A DNA stretch of 34,268 nt from Coniocarpon cinnabarinum (GCA_051942205.1 JAVECO010000086.1:62001-96268); one strand, 5' to 3'; shown: positions 11,391 through 23,687, numbered from the stretch's first letter. Program-made: numbers and translations. The notes: generated by a model from the sequence alone, not told the origin.

Positions 11391-11574
11391 TCTAGATGGT
11401 CATAGTTGGCGGTGGGAGTCGAAAATGTGTCGACGGATATAGCTTGAGCTTTCCAATCAGCATCAAGCCGTAATAAATATATAAAGCTTCCTCCATAATT
11501 GGAACGACTGCACCGTCACTTTGATGAGAAGAAGTTGAACAAGCAAGTCTGCAACCGCTGGTGCCCATTGGCGC

Positions 11575-13966
11575 TCAGCAGTCTCTCTCAGTGCACTCCC
11601 TCCAGGGGACACCTAGCGCTTCAAAGATGTCGCGCTCAGATCGCCCTGCAATTTTGGTCCCATCGGTCGTCCTCTGTTGATTTGTAGCTCGAACCACGTC
11701 CGTATAGAGGCCTCTTTGATTCAGCCGCATTCCCTTCTTCCGTGCCAGTAGTCGCATACTTCGATTGAAGATGTCATTGCCGGTAAAGTACAAGAGCGCA
11801 GCGCCCAATTCGTCATGAGGCACGAACAGCAAGTCGATGCGTCGCCATGGTCTGGGTGAAGCGGCTCCGGGGTTTTGATTTGCAGTGTTTGAGTGAGGAA
11901 GGACACAAGCACCGTGCCACTTTGTTCCGTCATCTCGCGACGTCACAGCTAGCCCGGCAACGAGAAATTGCTTCTTCTCAAGACGTGGGACCAGTGTTTG
12001 CAGCACGATCTGACGGGTATACACGATGGAGTTGGTAGGATGCGTAATGATGATGTCAATGTCCCCAGACGTTTCGGAGCCACGGCGGTAGGAGCCTCCT
12101 ATGATCAACTGAAAGTCTGGATCAATGCGCTTCAATTCCTTTTCCACGACGACGCCGAGCTGTGTAACTTCGGCACGGGGAATGCGCGTATTGAAGTCTT
12201 CATAGTGTTCGAGACCCACCTGCTGGTTCGTTGTCAAGGGGACATTGCGCTTCCCAAGATCGTCAAGCGTTCGAAGACCTTGCCTCGTCCATGTTTGGGC
12301 TTGAGCGAAGCCGACACCGTAAATGCCCAGAAATTTTTTCAAAGCCTTGTCTTCGGGCTCAAGCAAGGCGTTCTCCAACCGTTGCAGACGTGACGTACTA
12401 TGGATCTCTTCGATCTTGTCAGCCAAGCGCTTTCCAATCCCCCTCACCTTCATTGCCTCTTCCGCCGTTGTGATCTCGTTTCGGCACCGCTGCAATGCTT
12501 TTATTGCGGTCTGGTAAGCTTTGCTACGCCATTCGTCTTTGACGGAAGTGTAATGTCTTTCGAGCTGCTGTAACAGATTAATAGTACGAGCGTTTGGGCC
12601 AGAAGAAGATGTTGGGCGGGATGCGGGGTCCTGCATGCACGTGAGTCCCCTTTGCCACTGCGGCACATCGGTACTTTGAGCTGAAGTAGGTCTGCTCGGA
12701 ACCTGGCCTTCGTCTCCATCCTCTTCATCTGGATCTGACGAAAGATGAGCTGCGTCCTTGGCTTCGTTGATTGCTTCATTGAGAGCGGACTCAGAAGCTT
12801 CAACTGGCGGGACAGACGTTTTTGCGCTGGGTTGACCGTCCGGGACGACAATGACCGATGGGTTCTGATCTTTCACAGTCCTGGCTTCAAGAGGTCGAGC
12901 CTCTACATGCTCAAGCTCGTCATCAGAATCGCCACGTGAGCTGCCTGACCGCCCCGGGGTAATCTGAAGCTCACGTTGTTTCTGCTTCTTGGGAGGCTTC
13001 AACTGAAGTGTCTTCTCAGAAGTGGGCTCCGGCGTCGCAGGCTTGCGAGCAGGTGCTGCGACTCTCGAGGTACCGAATAGCGATCCTCTGACGTGAAATT
13101 GCAATTGTACAGGATCCAAGCGGGCCTTCGCTTCGACGCATGCCGGAACGTACTCATCATTGACAAGGATCACATCTACCTAGCCGGAGTTAGTATGTAG
13201 AATAAACTGCATCCCAAGAACTTACGGGAAGCTCGTCAAGACGTAGTTCCTTCAATAGGTCCGGCAACTTCATGTTGTTGTCCACGACTAGATGAGTTAC
13301 GTTGTGATGCCACGTCTTGACCCAGGTCGCTCCTCGCTCGACAGCCCTGAAGATCCGAATGCGCCTGCCAATGTCAATGTCATTGTTGGGAAAGAAGTCT
13401 TGACGTGATTAGCTTGGCACCAAATCCTATTAACATTGCACCAATGACGTACAGATGTTGCAGTCCTTGAAGAACTGGAGGTTTTCCGGCAGCAACGGAA
13501 TCACATCGTCACGCTTTCGTTTCTCACGCGGAATCTGTCTAGGGACACCAACGTACGTCCTGGGAATGACCACACGCGGCGCTTCGGGAGGGTCATAGTG
13601 CTCTCTGATGTCGTGATCATCTTCAGAAGATGTATCCCCAATGACGATGACCTCTGCGGACGGCTTTGAAGACTCTCCGGTGCCAGCAGACCTGCTTTGC
13701 TGCTTTGAAGTCTCCGTTCTCGAACGCTTGGCCACAGGACCAGGCTCAGGCGCAGGCGTGGGCCTCTTCTGTTGTGTAGTAGATGGCCGCGGCGGTAACC
13801 TCTTCCCAGGTGAAAGACGCCTGTACTTTTTTGGCTCTTGTGAAGGGAGGACCAAATTCAGAGCTGCCTGCTGAGAATTGACCTGTGCATCTGAGTCTTC
13901 GATCCGGTCCAAGATGTCAAAGACTTCAAAATCTGCTTGCTTTTGAGCAAGAGCTGACACCTCCAT
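11575..13966 (-). CDS. POL4: DNA polymerase X family, polymerase lambda (BRCT + 8-kDa lyase + palm/thumb); exons 13966-13453, 13398-13226, 13179-11575, ~763 aa
   Basis: HhH motifs VRGIGKRLADKI and IYGVGFAQA; palm GGSYRRGSETSGDIDIII; RRIDLL; LLYFTGNDIFNRSMRLLARKKGMRLNQRGL; C-terminal SERDIFEALGVPW. Exon 2 encodes BRCT-like YFFPNND...RGATWV...VTHLVVD. Introns GTACGT..GCTAAT..AAG and GTAAGT..CTAAC..TAG keep the frame. Confidence 0.95.
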
Positions 13967-14080
13967 TGAGTTGTTAGTGACGAAGACGTTCTGGCGATAC
14001 TGGATCCCCGAATGGCTACTGAGGTGATGCCAAAGCACAGAGATGATATATATATGTACGTCGCAAGTCGTCCACTAGTT

Positions 14081-14292
14081 CATGGACAAAGCTGTACTTC
14101 TTGGAGAAAGTTGTACTTCATGAAAACAGTTGTAGTTCGTGAAGTAAGTTGCAGGTCCTTAGGCAAGTTGTAAGTCCTGATGAAAGTTGTACCTTATGAA
14201 GAAGAAATTTGTAGGTCCTGAAGAAAGTTGTAGGTCCTGAAGAAAGTTGTAGTCCATGAAAAAAGTTGTAAGTCACGAAGAAAGATGCAAGT
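14081..14292. repeat. Degenerate minisatellite, ~11 copies of a ~19-bp unit (consensus CCTGAAGAAAGTTGTAGGT)
   Basis: Units read directly: catggacaaagctgtactt / cttggagaaagttgtactt / catgaaaacagttgtagtt / cgtgaagtaagttgcaggt / ccttaggcaagttgtaagt / cctgatgaaagttgtacct / tatgaagaagaaatttgtaggt / cctgaagaaagttgtaggt / cctgaagaaagttgtagtc / catgaaaaaagttgtaagt / cacgaagaaagatgcaagt. Confidence 0.9.
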
Positions 14293-14760
14293 GAAAGAAA
14301 GAAGAAGAAGAAACTGAGGGTACCCTTTTTCTCTTCCGACGCATAGTTGTGGGAAAGAGGAATTCACAAGTTCGTCGTGGGAATCCCATCGTTTGTGGGC
14401 CTCCGATGTTTGCGTTACACGACAACGGGTAGCTGCTTGGGTCGTCCGCCTGCACCTTCTGCATCATTGGGTGCTTACGTAATTGACTCCTTCAAACTCT
14501 AACTGTAACGAATCAACATGTGAAAAGAAGACGTCGACACGCATCCAGTGGTGCTTGTGTTTGAAGAGGTGCAAGAAACACAAGTTGCAGGAGAAGATGG
14601 GATCCAGGGATAGACATGCGACTAGTCATGAACCCTGCATCGCGATCAGGCGTAATCGAGAAATAGCACAGCCACATTGATCTCGTCTGCTTGCCAATTC
14701 GTGTTCGTGACCGCTTCATTGCGTAGAAGATGCATCCAATAGACCTTCGATGGTCACGGC

Positions 14761-16006
14761 ATGAGCAACCAAGGCAATCATGCGCAAGCTGGAGAGCCGG
14801 CACAACGCACCTTTCGACAGCGCGTCCTCCACCAACTCCATGAAACAGCTCTCGGCTGCGTGTTTTTACCGTTCTTGCTCTGCTACTGCATGGTTTGGCC
14901 CGCCATCACTGGCAGACAGCCTGACCCTTTGAGCTCTAGCAGCTGGTCATCAAGGTTCCGACGCAAACAAGCAAAACCTGTTGAGACGCCAGTGAGACTA
15001 CCACACGCTGTCGATGGCTCCTGCGTTCGTGTTCTGCTCCTCCCACTACGGCACCATGAAGCTCCTGCCGTACCCCAGACTCAGAGCGCGCTACTCACAC
15101 GACTACCGTGTCAATTGCGCCTCAAGATTCTAAAGCACGTATTCGCCGGTTTTGAATGCCATGCTGAGGTGGCGACTTTGCAAAGCGGTAAACGTGGCAA
15201 GTTATTAGAAAGTCATTCGACTGGGCCTAATGTCCTTATTCTGGTCCCTTGTAATATTGCAAAGGGACGCGCTTCTCAGTTTCGCAACTCGCCCAAGTCA
15301 TGTTCGGGACTTTGCCGCGGGTATCAGATAGCACGGGGATGTGAGCTTCTTCCTGGGCGTGGTGCAAACCCTTTTGGCGTTGCGGCGTCGTGCCAATCGC
15401 TGTAAGTGGACTCCTTAGCATGCTGTCATATTCTCAAGGAACGACGTTGACGCGGAGTGCAGTCGGCGAGAGACGACTCATATATTAACCAGAGACATGC
15501 CAGTTAGCTTTTCACTGGACACGCTGGACCACACGTCCAAGATGACGATATCTTTCCAGCACTTGGTGATAACGGCCACGGCGCATGACCTGATTGTCTG
15601 GAAATGGCAACGCGATGGCTCCGCTGGAGCTGCAGCAGCAGCACAGGCAGCGGCCTGGTGCAATCATTTCCTCATCATCCCTTTCACCCTGAAGCCAACC
15701 GTGGTCACCATCAAGATTCAGCTCGGCACAGTCTTATCCAGAAATTCCGAACAAGACTGGCAGAACGATCTTAGACCTCAAATGATGGCCTGGCTGCAAA
15801 GATATGCACAGATCGTGCCGCAGCTCAATGTTGCTTTCTTTGGCATCCCACGTGCCATGCCCTGTGGACGAGATAACATTGCGCCTGAGTATTGGGATAT
15901 GGTGGTAGTCGTGTGGTTGCGTGGTCAATTCATGATTCTCAAGCCGTTGCCGGATAGGGAAGCCTATGGAGAGGAATTGCTACATGATCTCTTCAGAGAA
16001 GTCTGA
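14761..16006 (+). CDS. Hypothetical protein with F-box-like LPxE-type motif (DUF7730-like); exons 14761-15401 and 15463-16006, ~394 aa
   Basis: QTQSALLTRLPCQLRLKILKHVF plus a spliced ASCQSL|RRETTHIL motif resembling the CRqiYxE motif of this fungal family. Intron GTAAGT 15402, branch TTGAC, CAG 15462 joins the 214-aa and 169-aa ORFs in frame. Confidence 0.7.
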
Positions 16007-17314
16007 ATGTTAGTCTCCGCCGGGCTGGTCCCACTTGTGTTGTGTTCACTGCATGCATAGTCACTGGAGAAGCATATCGGAAAATTGTGAGCAAATGTGA
16101 CAGCTCACCCGAATACTTGACGTCTTGTTCGCGCGTCGTCCTTCACCATTCTCGAGGCTTCAATGGTTGCTGTTAATGTACGTCGCAACGCGCCACGATG
16201 TTCACATCTCCCGGTCTCGGTCTACCTCTCAACTTGCCTGGTTGATTCATGCCAGAGGCAAGATGATACAAATCCTTGTCCGGATCGAAGATCGACCTCA
16301 TCCGAAGGAAGGACTCAAGAGACGGTTGAAAGTGCAAGGTTGCCATCCGCTGTCACCAATTTAAGACCCGTACGGGCTTACGTAATAAGCCGTTGTTTGG
16401 ACCTCCGCCTTGCGTACCAGAAGATGATGGCTAGCCTGGCCCCAGCCATCACAAACATTGTGGCACAGACAGTCTCGACCGGCGCCGTGCCACGAAACAC
16501 GACGGCGTCCCCCTCCATCAGGCGTCGCCATCTCCGCCATCAATCGATAAGATAGATAGATGAGCGTATCACCATCCACTCCAGGCACGCCAGGAACCCC
16601 GCTGCATGAGCACGATGGGACATCATCCTCCTTTCTCGTAGGTAGGGACCAACTCTCTGCTCGACGTCCAGCATCACAACCTGGCGGACGACTGGCGGCC
16701 CCACTGCCACGCGAGTGTTACAGCAGTCCGTTGCTCTTCGACCACCAGCCGCCATCAGCCGCCTCGTGCGGGCCCTCTTACACTGTCTTGCCAACAACAA
16801 CTCCGCCCCTCCTCTGCCTCTCTGTCTCGTCCTCTTCCACCTTCTCTGCTCCACCTCGCTGCCTCCGGTTCGCCTGCCGCCGCGAGCATCTCGAGCTCTT
16901 CCTGTCCCTCCCTCCCGGACTCAGCCCTATCGACTCCCACGCCTCATCGGTCGGCACACCCTCTCTCGCCCGGCTCTCTCTTCCTCCCAGCCCGAGCCTT
17001 CCTCCCTCTAGTTTCTGTAGTCCACCCGGACTTAGTCCAGCCCAGCCCAGCCCCATCTCCATCTTGCAACTTGTTCGGTGCCAGCTGAGCCGTCACCGTT
17101 CGCTTGACTTTTTCCTTCGCTTCACCTCTACCTCAGCATCTCCATCGATCGAGTGTAACGCTCATCGGAGAATAAGCGACCCCCGCTCTCACGCCTCTTC
17201 GCCTCCTCTTTCTGTCTATCTACGGGGTCTAAGAAGCTACCTGACGAGGCGTATGGTGGTTCGCATCTCCACGTGCCACACGGCGACTCTGCCACCACTC
17301 CCGTCATCATCAAC

Positions 17315-18564
17315 ATGGCCATGCCCACGCTCCAGCTCCAGCCCATGCCTCAGACCTCCTCACGGCGTGCCGACCTCCAACTCGCTGCCCGCGCCGCCAT
17401 GGAGAAGACGGGCAAGTACGCCCTCAAGACACTGTGGTACAGCACCGTAACCATTACCTGTCCCATCTGGGGACCCATCTTGGGAGGGTGCTACGCCTGG
17501 GACGTGCATCACAATGGACGCTCCCGACATGGCCTCAACTCTGAGAAGTGGCGGTACAGACAGATGCAGCGACACAAGCGGAACCGCAAGGTACGAGCTC
17601 GACCTCTGCTCCTGCCCCGCAACGCCCTCGAGGTTGCCGAGAAGAGCTGTAAACAACCCGGCACGAGCGACCAGAAAGACTGTGTCCTGTTTAACAAGCT
17701 GCCGCCAGAAGTGCGGGCCCTCATCTGGGAGAGCGTCTTCGAAGAGGTCGACATCCATGCAAGAATCCAAGGTATTGTGCGGAGCTGGGCACCCTTCGAC
17801 GACGACGAAAAGCCGGAGCTCATGGTGTATCCATGCATGGATCACGCGTACATCGCGCACCCACACTCCATCGACGACACGATCCAACGATACGACACAA
17901 CGGATCGAGCTCTCGACGCCTTCCGCCGGGACAGGGATATCTACGACCTCAACTGTTGGCCGCGGCGGAACCAGGACGTCAAGATGGCGTGGCCCAAGAA
18001 GAAGCGGAAAGAGATCAAGAAGCTGGGACGCGTACTGGAGGTGTGTCGGACGAGTCGGCTCGTGCAGCTGGAGACATTGCGAGCACTCGCCAAAACCACG
18101 AATGTCGTCTCCACGTGGCACTGGCCGAACACGGTGGGGCCAGACAAGTGGATTGGGGAGTTTCTGCCGTTTGACAATCAACGCACGATTTCGAGTATGC
18201 TGTACACGAAGCAGCGGTATGAAGGGTGGACGGCGGAGACGAACCCCCTTAATTTGGGCGGCATGTACGGGCCGTTTATACAGAACATCAATCGGATGAA
18301 ACTGGTGGTCGTGGACTTCAGGTGGAAGTGTGACGAGCGACGGGACGAGGTCTGGGAAGAATGGATGCATTGGCTCGTGCATTCCATGTCCGAGGTGAGT
18401 TTGCGCAAAGTCCGAGTTCTGCTGGAGTATGAGACTGACGTCAATCCTTGTAGATCAAAGACCACGTCCGCCAGCTCGAAATCGTCGTGACGGACGTCAA
18501 ACAGGAGTGGTTAGTCGGCGTCCCGAACATCCCTGGTTGCACCATTAGAGCGCTGGAGCGATAG
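17315..18564 (+). CDS. Second hypothetical protein with F-box-like LPPE motif (DUF7730-like); exons 17315-18394 and 18454-18564, ~396 aa
   Basis: DQKDCVLFNKLPPEVRALIWESVF and LEVCRTSRLVQLETLRAL; strong C/G third-position bias. Intron GTGAGT 18395, branch CTGAC, TAG 18453 gives the C-terminus IKDHVRQLEIVV...ALER*. First in-frame ATG is 17315. Confidence 0.78.
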
Positions 18565-19384
18565 ACAGACAGTTCGTTGAAAAGACCCATAGACAGCGAT
18601 CATGAACAGCGAAAAGCCGCGAATGATCACTGTGCTCGTTCTTGTCCATATTTTGAGCTACATCATATTCCTTGTGCCAGTATCATCTGCTGCTCTGCGA
18701 TCGATTATGTAAACTCTGAATATCGGTTGTGATGAGAAATGCACCGAAAGTATGTCATCATCGCCGTCTCTGTGCAGGCTTTCGACGTTCATGTCAATGT
18801 CCTCTGCAGGTTGCAAGAGAAGAACGCCACCGAAAACGGGCTTTCATGAGTGCTAGACAAGAGATTCTGTCGTGTTCCTTGTGTTGGACACGTTTCTATA
18901 CCTCTTCGCGACAAACAATCGAAGTACAAGGATAGCGGCCATGACCGGCAACGGACCGAAAATACGAGATTCTCAACATTGTCATCCAGAATCTGTGCTT
19001 ACTCACTGTTTCTGTGCGTCCGTGAAGTGCCAACTGTAAGAGATGCTCAAATACCATGAAAAGCGGCCGTGGCGAGAACCCAAGCAAGAACTCGACGTAA
19101 TCCTGATCGGCCGTGAGCATCATTATGATCCATGTACCTGTGTCGTCTGCTGCTTGATCAATCTTGTGATGCTCACGATGTGGTTGAACTTAAAACAAAA
19201 CCAGCGCCAGTGGCAAACAATAAAGTGAAAGTGTTCTCCTGTTCTTATCCGCCTTTAGGCTTCACATGAGGCCTTTGTGCCTTTTTTTTTTTTTGCTTTG
19301 CGTCCTGATGATTAAGTATTCTTCAAATTACGGCCGTGACCATAAATCAACCAAAAAGCCGTCCCATTCTTAGCAATCCGAATC

Positions 19385-20194
19385 CTAAGCTTCCTCGTGG
19401 TCCCGATACCGCTGCCCCTCTCCACTTGGTCCCTCTCCACCCTCTGCTTCCTCTCCATCAAACGGCAGGATCCTCTTGGCCTTGTTCTTGGCTTTACTCT
19501 TCCAAACAGGCCGCCCATCCGCCCTCAACCCCGCCGAGCGCGTTGTGAAAAGCGTCAACACGCCCTTGACCGCCAGAGCAAAACACGCAACCGCCACGAA
19601 CGTTCCCAACGTCGTTTTTTCTTGCTGTTCCAACAGCGGTTGGCACGGCTGATCATGTCCCGTGAGCTTCAAACACGCATCAGCTTCGTGGTGCTTATCA
19701 GGGAAAGGGAACGCTTGATCTCTGGGCGTCCGAAAGCCACAGCAGTGCAATTCATCCTGGATATAGCGGATGGCGACTACACTTTTAGCGCTGAACAACG
19801 CCCTCCACGTTGAAGCGATGCCGCATTCAAGCGTCGTCGTGTTCAGAGAGGTTAGTGCGGACGCGATGAGTCCCACGTCCACGAACGCAAGGATGGACAA
19901 GACGGGTCGTGCAAACGGTGTAATGCGATGGGGCGCTTCATCCTCCGTGACCAATTCCGTCGCTACATCCGTGTCTTTGGATCGACGTCGCACCGCTGAT
20001 ATGACCGCAGGCAAGATAATAGCAAGGATGGGCAATACCGGCACGGCACCTGCAAGGACCAGCACCGGTGTTGGAATCGGCAAGCTCAAAGCAGAGCTCT
20101 GTGTAATTTTGATGTACGCAAAAATGGCGAAAACAATGTGAATGAGGATGATGGTGATCCAGAGGAAGCGGGAAACGAGCGTTACATCAGCCAT
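19385..20194 (-). CDS. TSP3: Fungal tetraspanin, Tsp3-like, 269 aa, single exon
   Basis: Four hydrophobic helices; large extracellular loop LECG...W..LF.AK....IRYIQDELHCCGFR...AFPFP...AC......PC with the CCG signature; charged cytoplasmic tail. Confidence 0.85.
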   Translation of the reverse strand: MADVTLVSRFLWITIILIHIVFAIFAYIKITQSSALSLPIPTPVLVLAGAVPVLPILAIILPAVISAVRRRSKDTDVATELVTEDEAPHRITPFARPVLSILAFVDVGLIASALTSLNTTTLECGIASTWRALFSAKSVVAIRYIQDELHCCGFRTPRDQAFPFPDKHHEADACLKLTGHDQPCQPLLEQQEKTTLGTFVAVACFALAVKGVLTLFTTRSAGLRADGRPVWKSKAKNKAKRILPFDGEEAEGGEGPSGEGQRYRDHEEA

Positions 20195-20774
20195 GCTGAA
20201 GAGTCTCCAAGTCTCAGATATCGAAATGAAGTCGGGACACGTCTCAGAGTTTTAAGTTTGGGCGAATGATTCGAGGTGGAGAAAGTGGAGTGGATCAGAC
20301 GAGCTTGAGCTTGCAGAGGTTGGGAGGTCTCCATTTGTAGAGCTCCTAACCGGGGAAGTGGGTTAGCGTCATACGCCATCGCAGATCATGCATACATGCA
20401 TACATGCAGGAAACCGGATTGCATGAGTTGCGTGAATAACAGAGGATGGCATTACCCTTCAACATGTATAGCTTAGCGAGGTCCGCTTGGTCGAGTACAG
20501 CCTGTAGAGACAGTCCGCCGCGGCACAGACGAAACAACGAGGAAAAGCTGCTGCATTCAGCAGTAAAAGTGGCGAACGCTTTTCGAATTAGATCTACAAA
20601 AGGTCTAGCGGTATATGCAGAAGATACCACTTGCAGGCACTGCGATGTGCACAGCTTGACACGGAACCAGTGTGCCAGGGGCAGGCGGGATGCAGGCCGT
20701 GCAGGCTATCTGGGAGGGTGAATGCGAAAGGAAAATACTCACTGGGGACGACAACGACGGAGATCAACCTGCCT

Positions 20775-23193
20775 TCACACCTCCTCGATCTCACCCTCTT
20801 CCGACCCGGACTTCAAATTCTCCTCTTCTTTCGCCTCCTTCTCCGCTTCTTCCTTGAGGCCCTTCATTTCGACATCGTCCTCGCCCGACTGGCCGCTCGT
20901 CTTGCTGCTTCGACGTAGTCGCTTACTGTCGCGCCGTGTGATGTCGCCGTCTTCATCGCCGCTGCCACGCCGGCGTCGCCCCGCGGTGTTGTTGATGCTA
21001 CTACCAGCACGGCCACTGTCGCCATAATCCAGTTCTGCAGACGGGTCGGAGAGCTTCGCGCGATAGGTCTGTTCACGTCCACGATGTTGCTCACGATCCA
21101 GGTCATAGTAGCCGCTGCGGTCGCGCTCACGTTCCCTATCATGACGGTAGTGGCGATCATAGCGCTCATCACGATGACGGGGTGGAGACAGACCGGTTCC
21201 AGCAGCTTTGCGATATTGACGCTCCCGCGCTGCCTGTGCCTTCCTACGATCAGCTTCGTAGGCATCAGCCTCACCATGGTGGGCATATCGTAGATAGCGG
21301 TCTTCGCGATCGCGCTCGGCTCGACGCATGGCTTTCTCTCGCTCACGAGCTTGATCGTCGGCCTCTCTCTCTTTGAGGCGCTTCAAGACTTTGTCGAAGG
21401 CGGATTTGCGTTGCTCGTCGCCCTCAAGGTCTTGGTACTCGGGATACTTCTCGACGCGGGCTTTGACGTCCTCCCAGGAATCGTCGGGACTGATGGGTGG
21501 TCTCAGATGCTTAATCACCGATCGCAGCCGGTCGATAGCATGGCGAGTGTGACGCTCCGCATTTTGCTTGTCCTCTTGCTCACGGCGGACGACCTTGTCA
21601 TGAAAGCGTTTGTAGACGAGCTCAATGTCAGCGTCATCATGTGAAGCAGTACGAGGGTCGTTCTTGAGGACACTTGCAACTTCATCCAGAGTAGTCTGGG
21701 GGGTAATCTGAACGTTGGCGTCCTAGGACAGTCAGTATTTGTGTTGATAAGATCGGCTAATACAGTAGACTTACATCGAGCACATCCAACGCTTCATTGC
21801 GCTTTGCCCTATATTCACGCTCCTCGTCCTCCACGGCATCCCAGAAAAGGTCGAGTGGTGTCGATCCAGATTGTCCTAGAAGAGCGTCATAGCGAGGATC
21901 CTTCTCGATCAGTGCATGAACATCCTTCCATTTCGTACCTGCGCGAAGCTTGCCCGAAGCTCGTAACTCCCTCATCAGAGCTTTGAAATCGTCCCGATGC
22001 TGACGCTCTGCTCGAAGCTTCTTGTTTTTCCTTTGTTGTTGCTTCTCGTGCAGTTCGCGTTCAAGATCCCTCACGTGGTCTTGGAATACTGTCAGAACGT
22101 CAGACGGCGTCAGGGATCGGAACTTATCGTCGTTCTGAAATTTCTCCGTTTCCTCAATCGCCTGTCGAGCATCGGCCCATCTTGAATACGGTTCCAGTTG
22201 TAAGGAGCGCAGTATGCTGCTCAGTTCAACCAAGGCCGATTTGCGATTAGCGACCTCTTGTTCCTTGTGAGCCTTTTGCAGGCCGGCGATATACTCTTCA
22301 TACAACTGCTTTCTCTCAGTGTCGTCATTTGATGACCTGAAGACGATCTCACCCTCGAGAATGGGACGTGCAGATTTCCACCTCGTATAGTGCTTGATTT
22401 CCGGATGGTTTTTCAACATGCTAGTGAAGTCTTCGCGAAGTCTCTCCACTCGCTCTTTGGCTCGTTCCTTGTCCTGCTCTCGCACTTCGATGACGTATTT
22501 CTCGAATGCTGCTCGTCGCTCCTTCGGGTCTTTGATAGCTCGGTACTGAGGGTCAGTGATGGTCGCCCGCATAGTCTGCTCCCATGTCCAGTCAGGCTGG
22601 ACTCCAACACGCTTTAATAACTTAGCAAAATTGGATTCGGCCTCCTCCGAGGAAACAAATTGCATATCATCCATGCCGGTGACGATGCCAGGACGATATC
22701 CATCGGTCTGACCGTAATCTCTTGCGCGCTCGAAAGTTCGATCTAGACGATCTGAGCGGTCGGGTCTGTCGGGGCGATCGGGCAATCGGTGGGACTCTCG
22801 TTGGGGGGGTTGAAAGTTCGGTGCCCCTCCAGCAACAAACGATGGTCCATTACTTTGCACAGGAGTTGCAGGTGTGGTTGGAGCGGCCTGTGCGCGTTTG
22901 AGCTCTTCAGGCATTTCCCTACGAAACCTTTAGTATCACCATGGAGAAAGTAAGATCCAAACAGAATAATATTACCATTTCGTCTCACGCGTCGCTGTAT
23001 GATAGTAGTATGTCCGCCCATCTCCCGCAGTCGCAGTCTTCCACTGGCCAGCAGCAGCCTGTGGAGTCATCGACGGCTTTTGCGGCCCAGCATCGAGCTC
23101 CGCCGGTTTGGTCCATGCTGTCGCGTTCGTCTGTGTGTTGTGATAGTAAGGTCGACCTTCTTTCGTGAAGACTTCACGCCAAGGCGAGGCCAT
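20775..23193 (-). CDS. PRP40: U1 snRNP-associated splicing factor Prp40 (2 WW + FF repeats, R/D-rich tail); exons 23193-22976, 22918-21775, 21722-20775, ~769 aa
   Basis: WW1 WREVFTKEGRPYYHN...TAWTKP; WW2 WKTATAGDGRTYYYH...TKW|EMP; FF repeats (FAKLLKRVGVQPDWTWEQ, HYTRWKSA, GTKWKDV, GSTPLDLFWD). Introns GTAATA..TAG and GTAAGT..CTGAC..TAG are in frame. Confidence 0.95.
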
Positions 23194-23687
23194 GTCGGTG
23201 GCTTGAACGAGACGACAGTGTTGAAGAGCGTCCGGTTTACGAGTTAGCAAAGCTATGATCAAAAGTCGAGCGCGTAGGTGGTAGGTAGGCAGTAAGGTTT
23301 AGTGGGCAGGGTGCCTAAATGCTAAGCGTAGAAGAGGTGAACATCCTCAATAGGTATGATATCGTGCACGCTTTGACGGCGACATATAAGTTTCCACTTG
23401 GTGTGGAATCAAGAAATGCGAAATTATCGTTAGAGTCAACTCTCGCTACCCTTCGTCACGGCGTTGGGCTCTATGCAGACTTCTGATTTACCGTCCAGAA
23501 GTACCGCCTTGCTGCAACTACAGGTGATTGACCATATTCTATGTAACTGGCAGTGAAGCATCATCTGGCCTCAGGGATCTCTTCCTGACGAGAGAACGAG
23601 CTTTCCACGCCTGCAGCAGAGCCTCACCCCCAAATATCACCATAATTGATGGGCGTACGATTAGAACATCCGCCTTGTTCATGAAGA

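Noticed and set aside
4900..11500. Intact transposon or heavily RIP-mutated element
   Set aside because: No terminal repeats, target-site duplication, transposase or RT motifs seen, and the interval is not AT-rich overall.
14081..14292. Possible CRISPR-like array
   Set aside because: Units are head-to-tail with no unique spacers, and the context is eukaryotic with no cas genes.
16560..17450. 296-aa Pro/Ser-rich ORF
   Set aside because: Translation of a CT-rich promoter/5'UTR; low complexity and overlaps the real gene start in another frame.
17360..18382. 340-aa antisense ORF and 261-aa alternative-frame ORF over the second DUF7730-like gene
   Set aside because: Explained by the high GC3 of the sense gene; the translations are R/P/V-rich with no domain.
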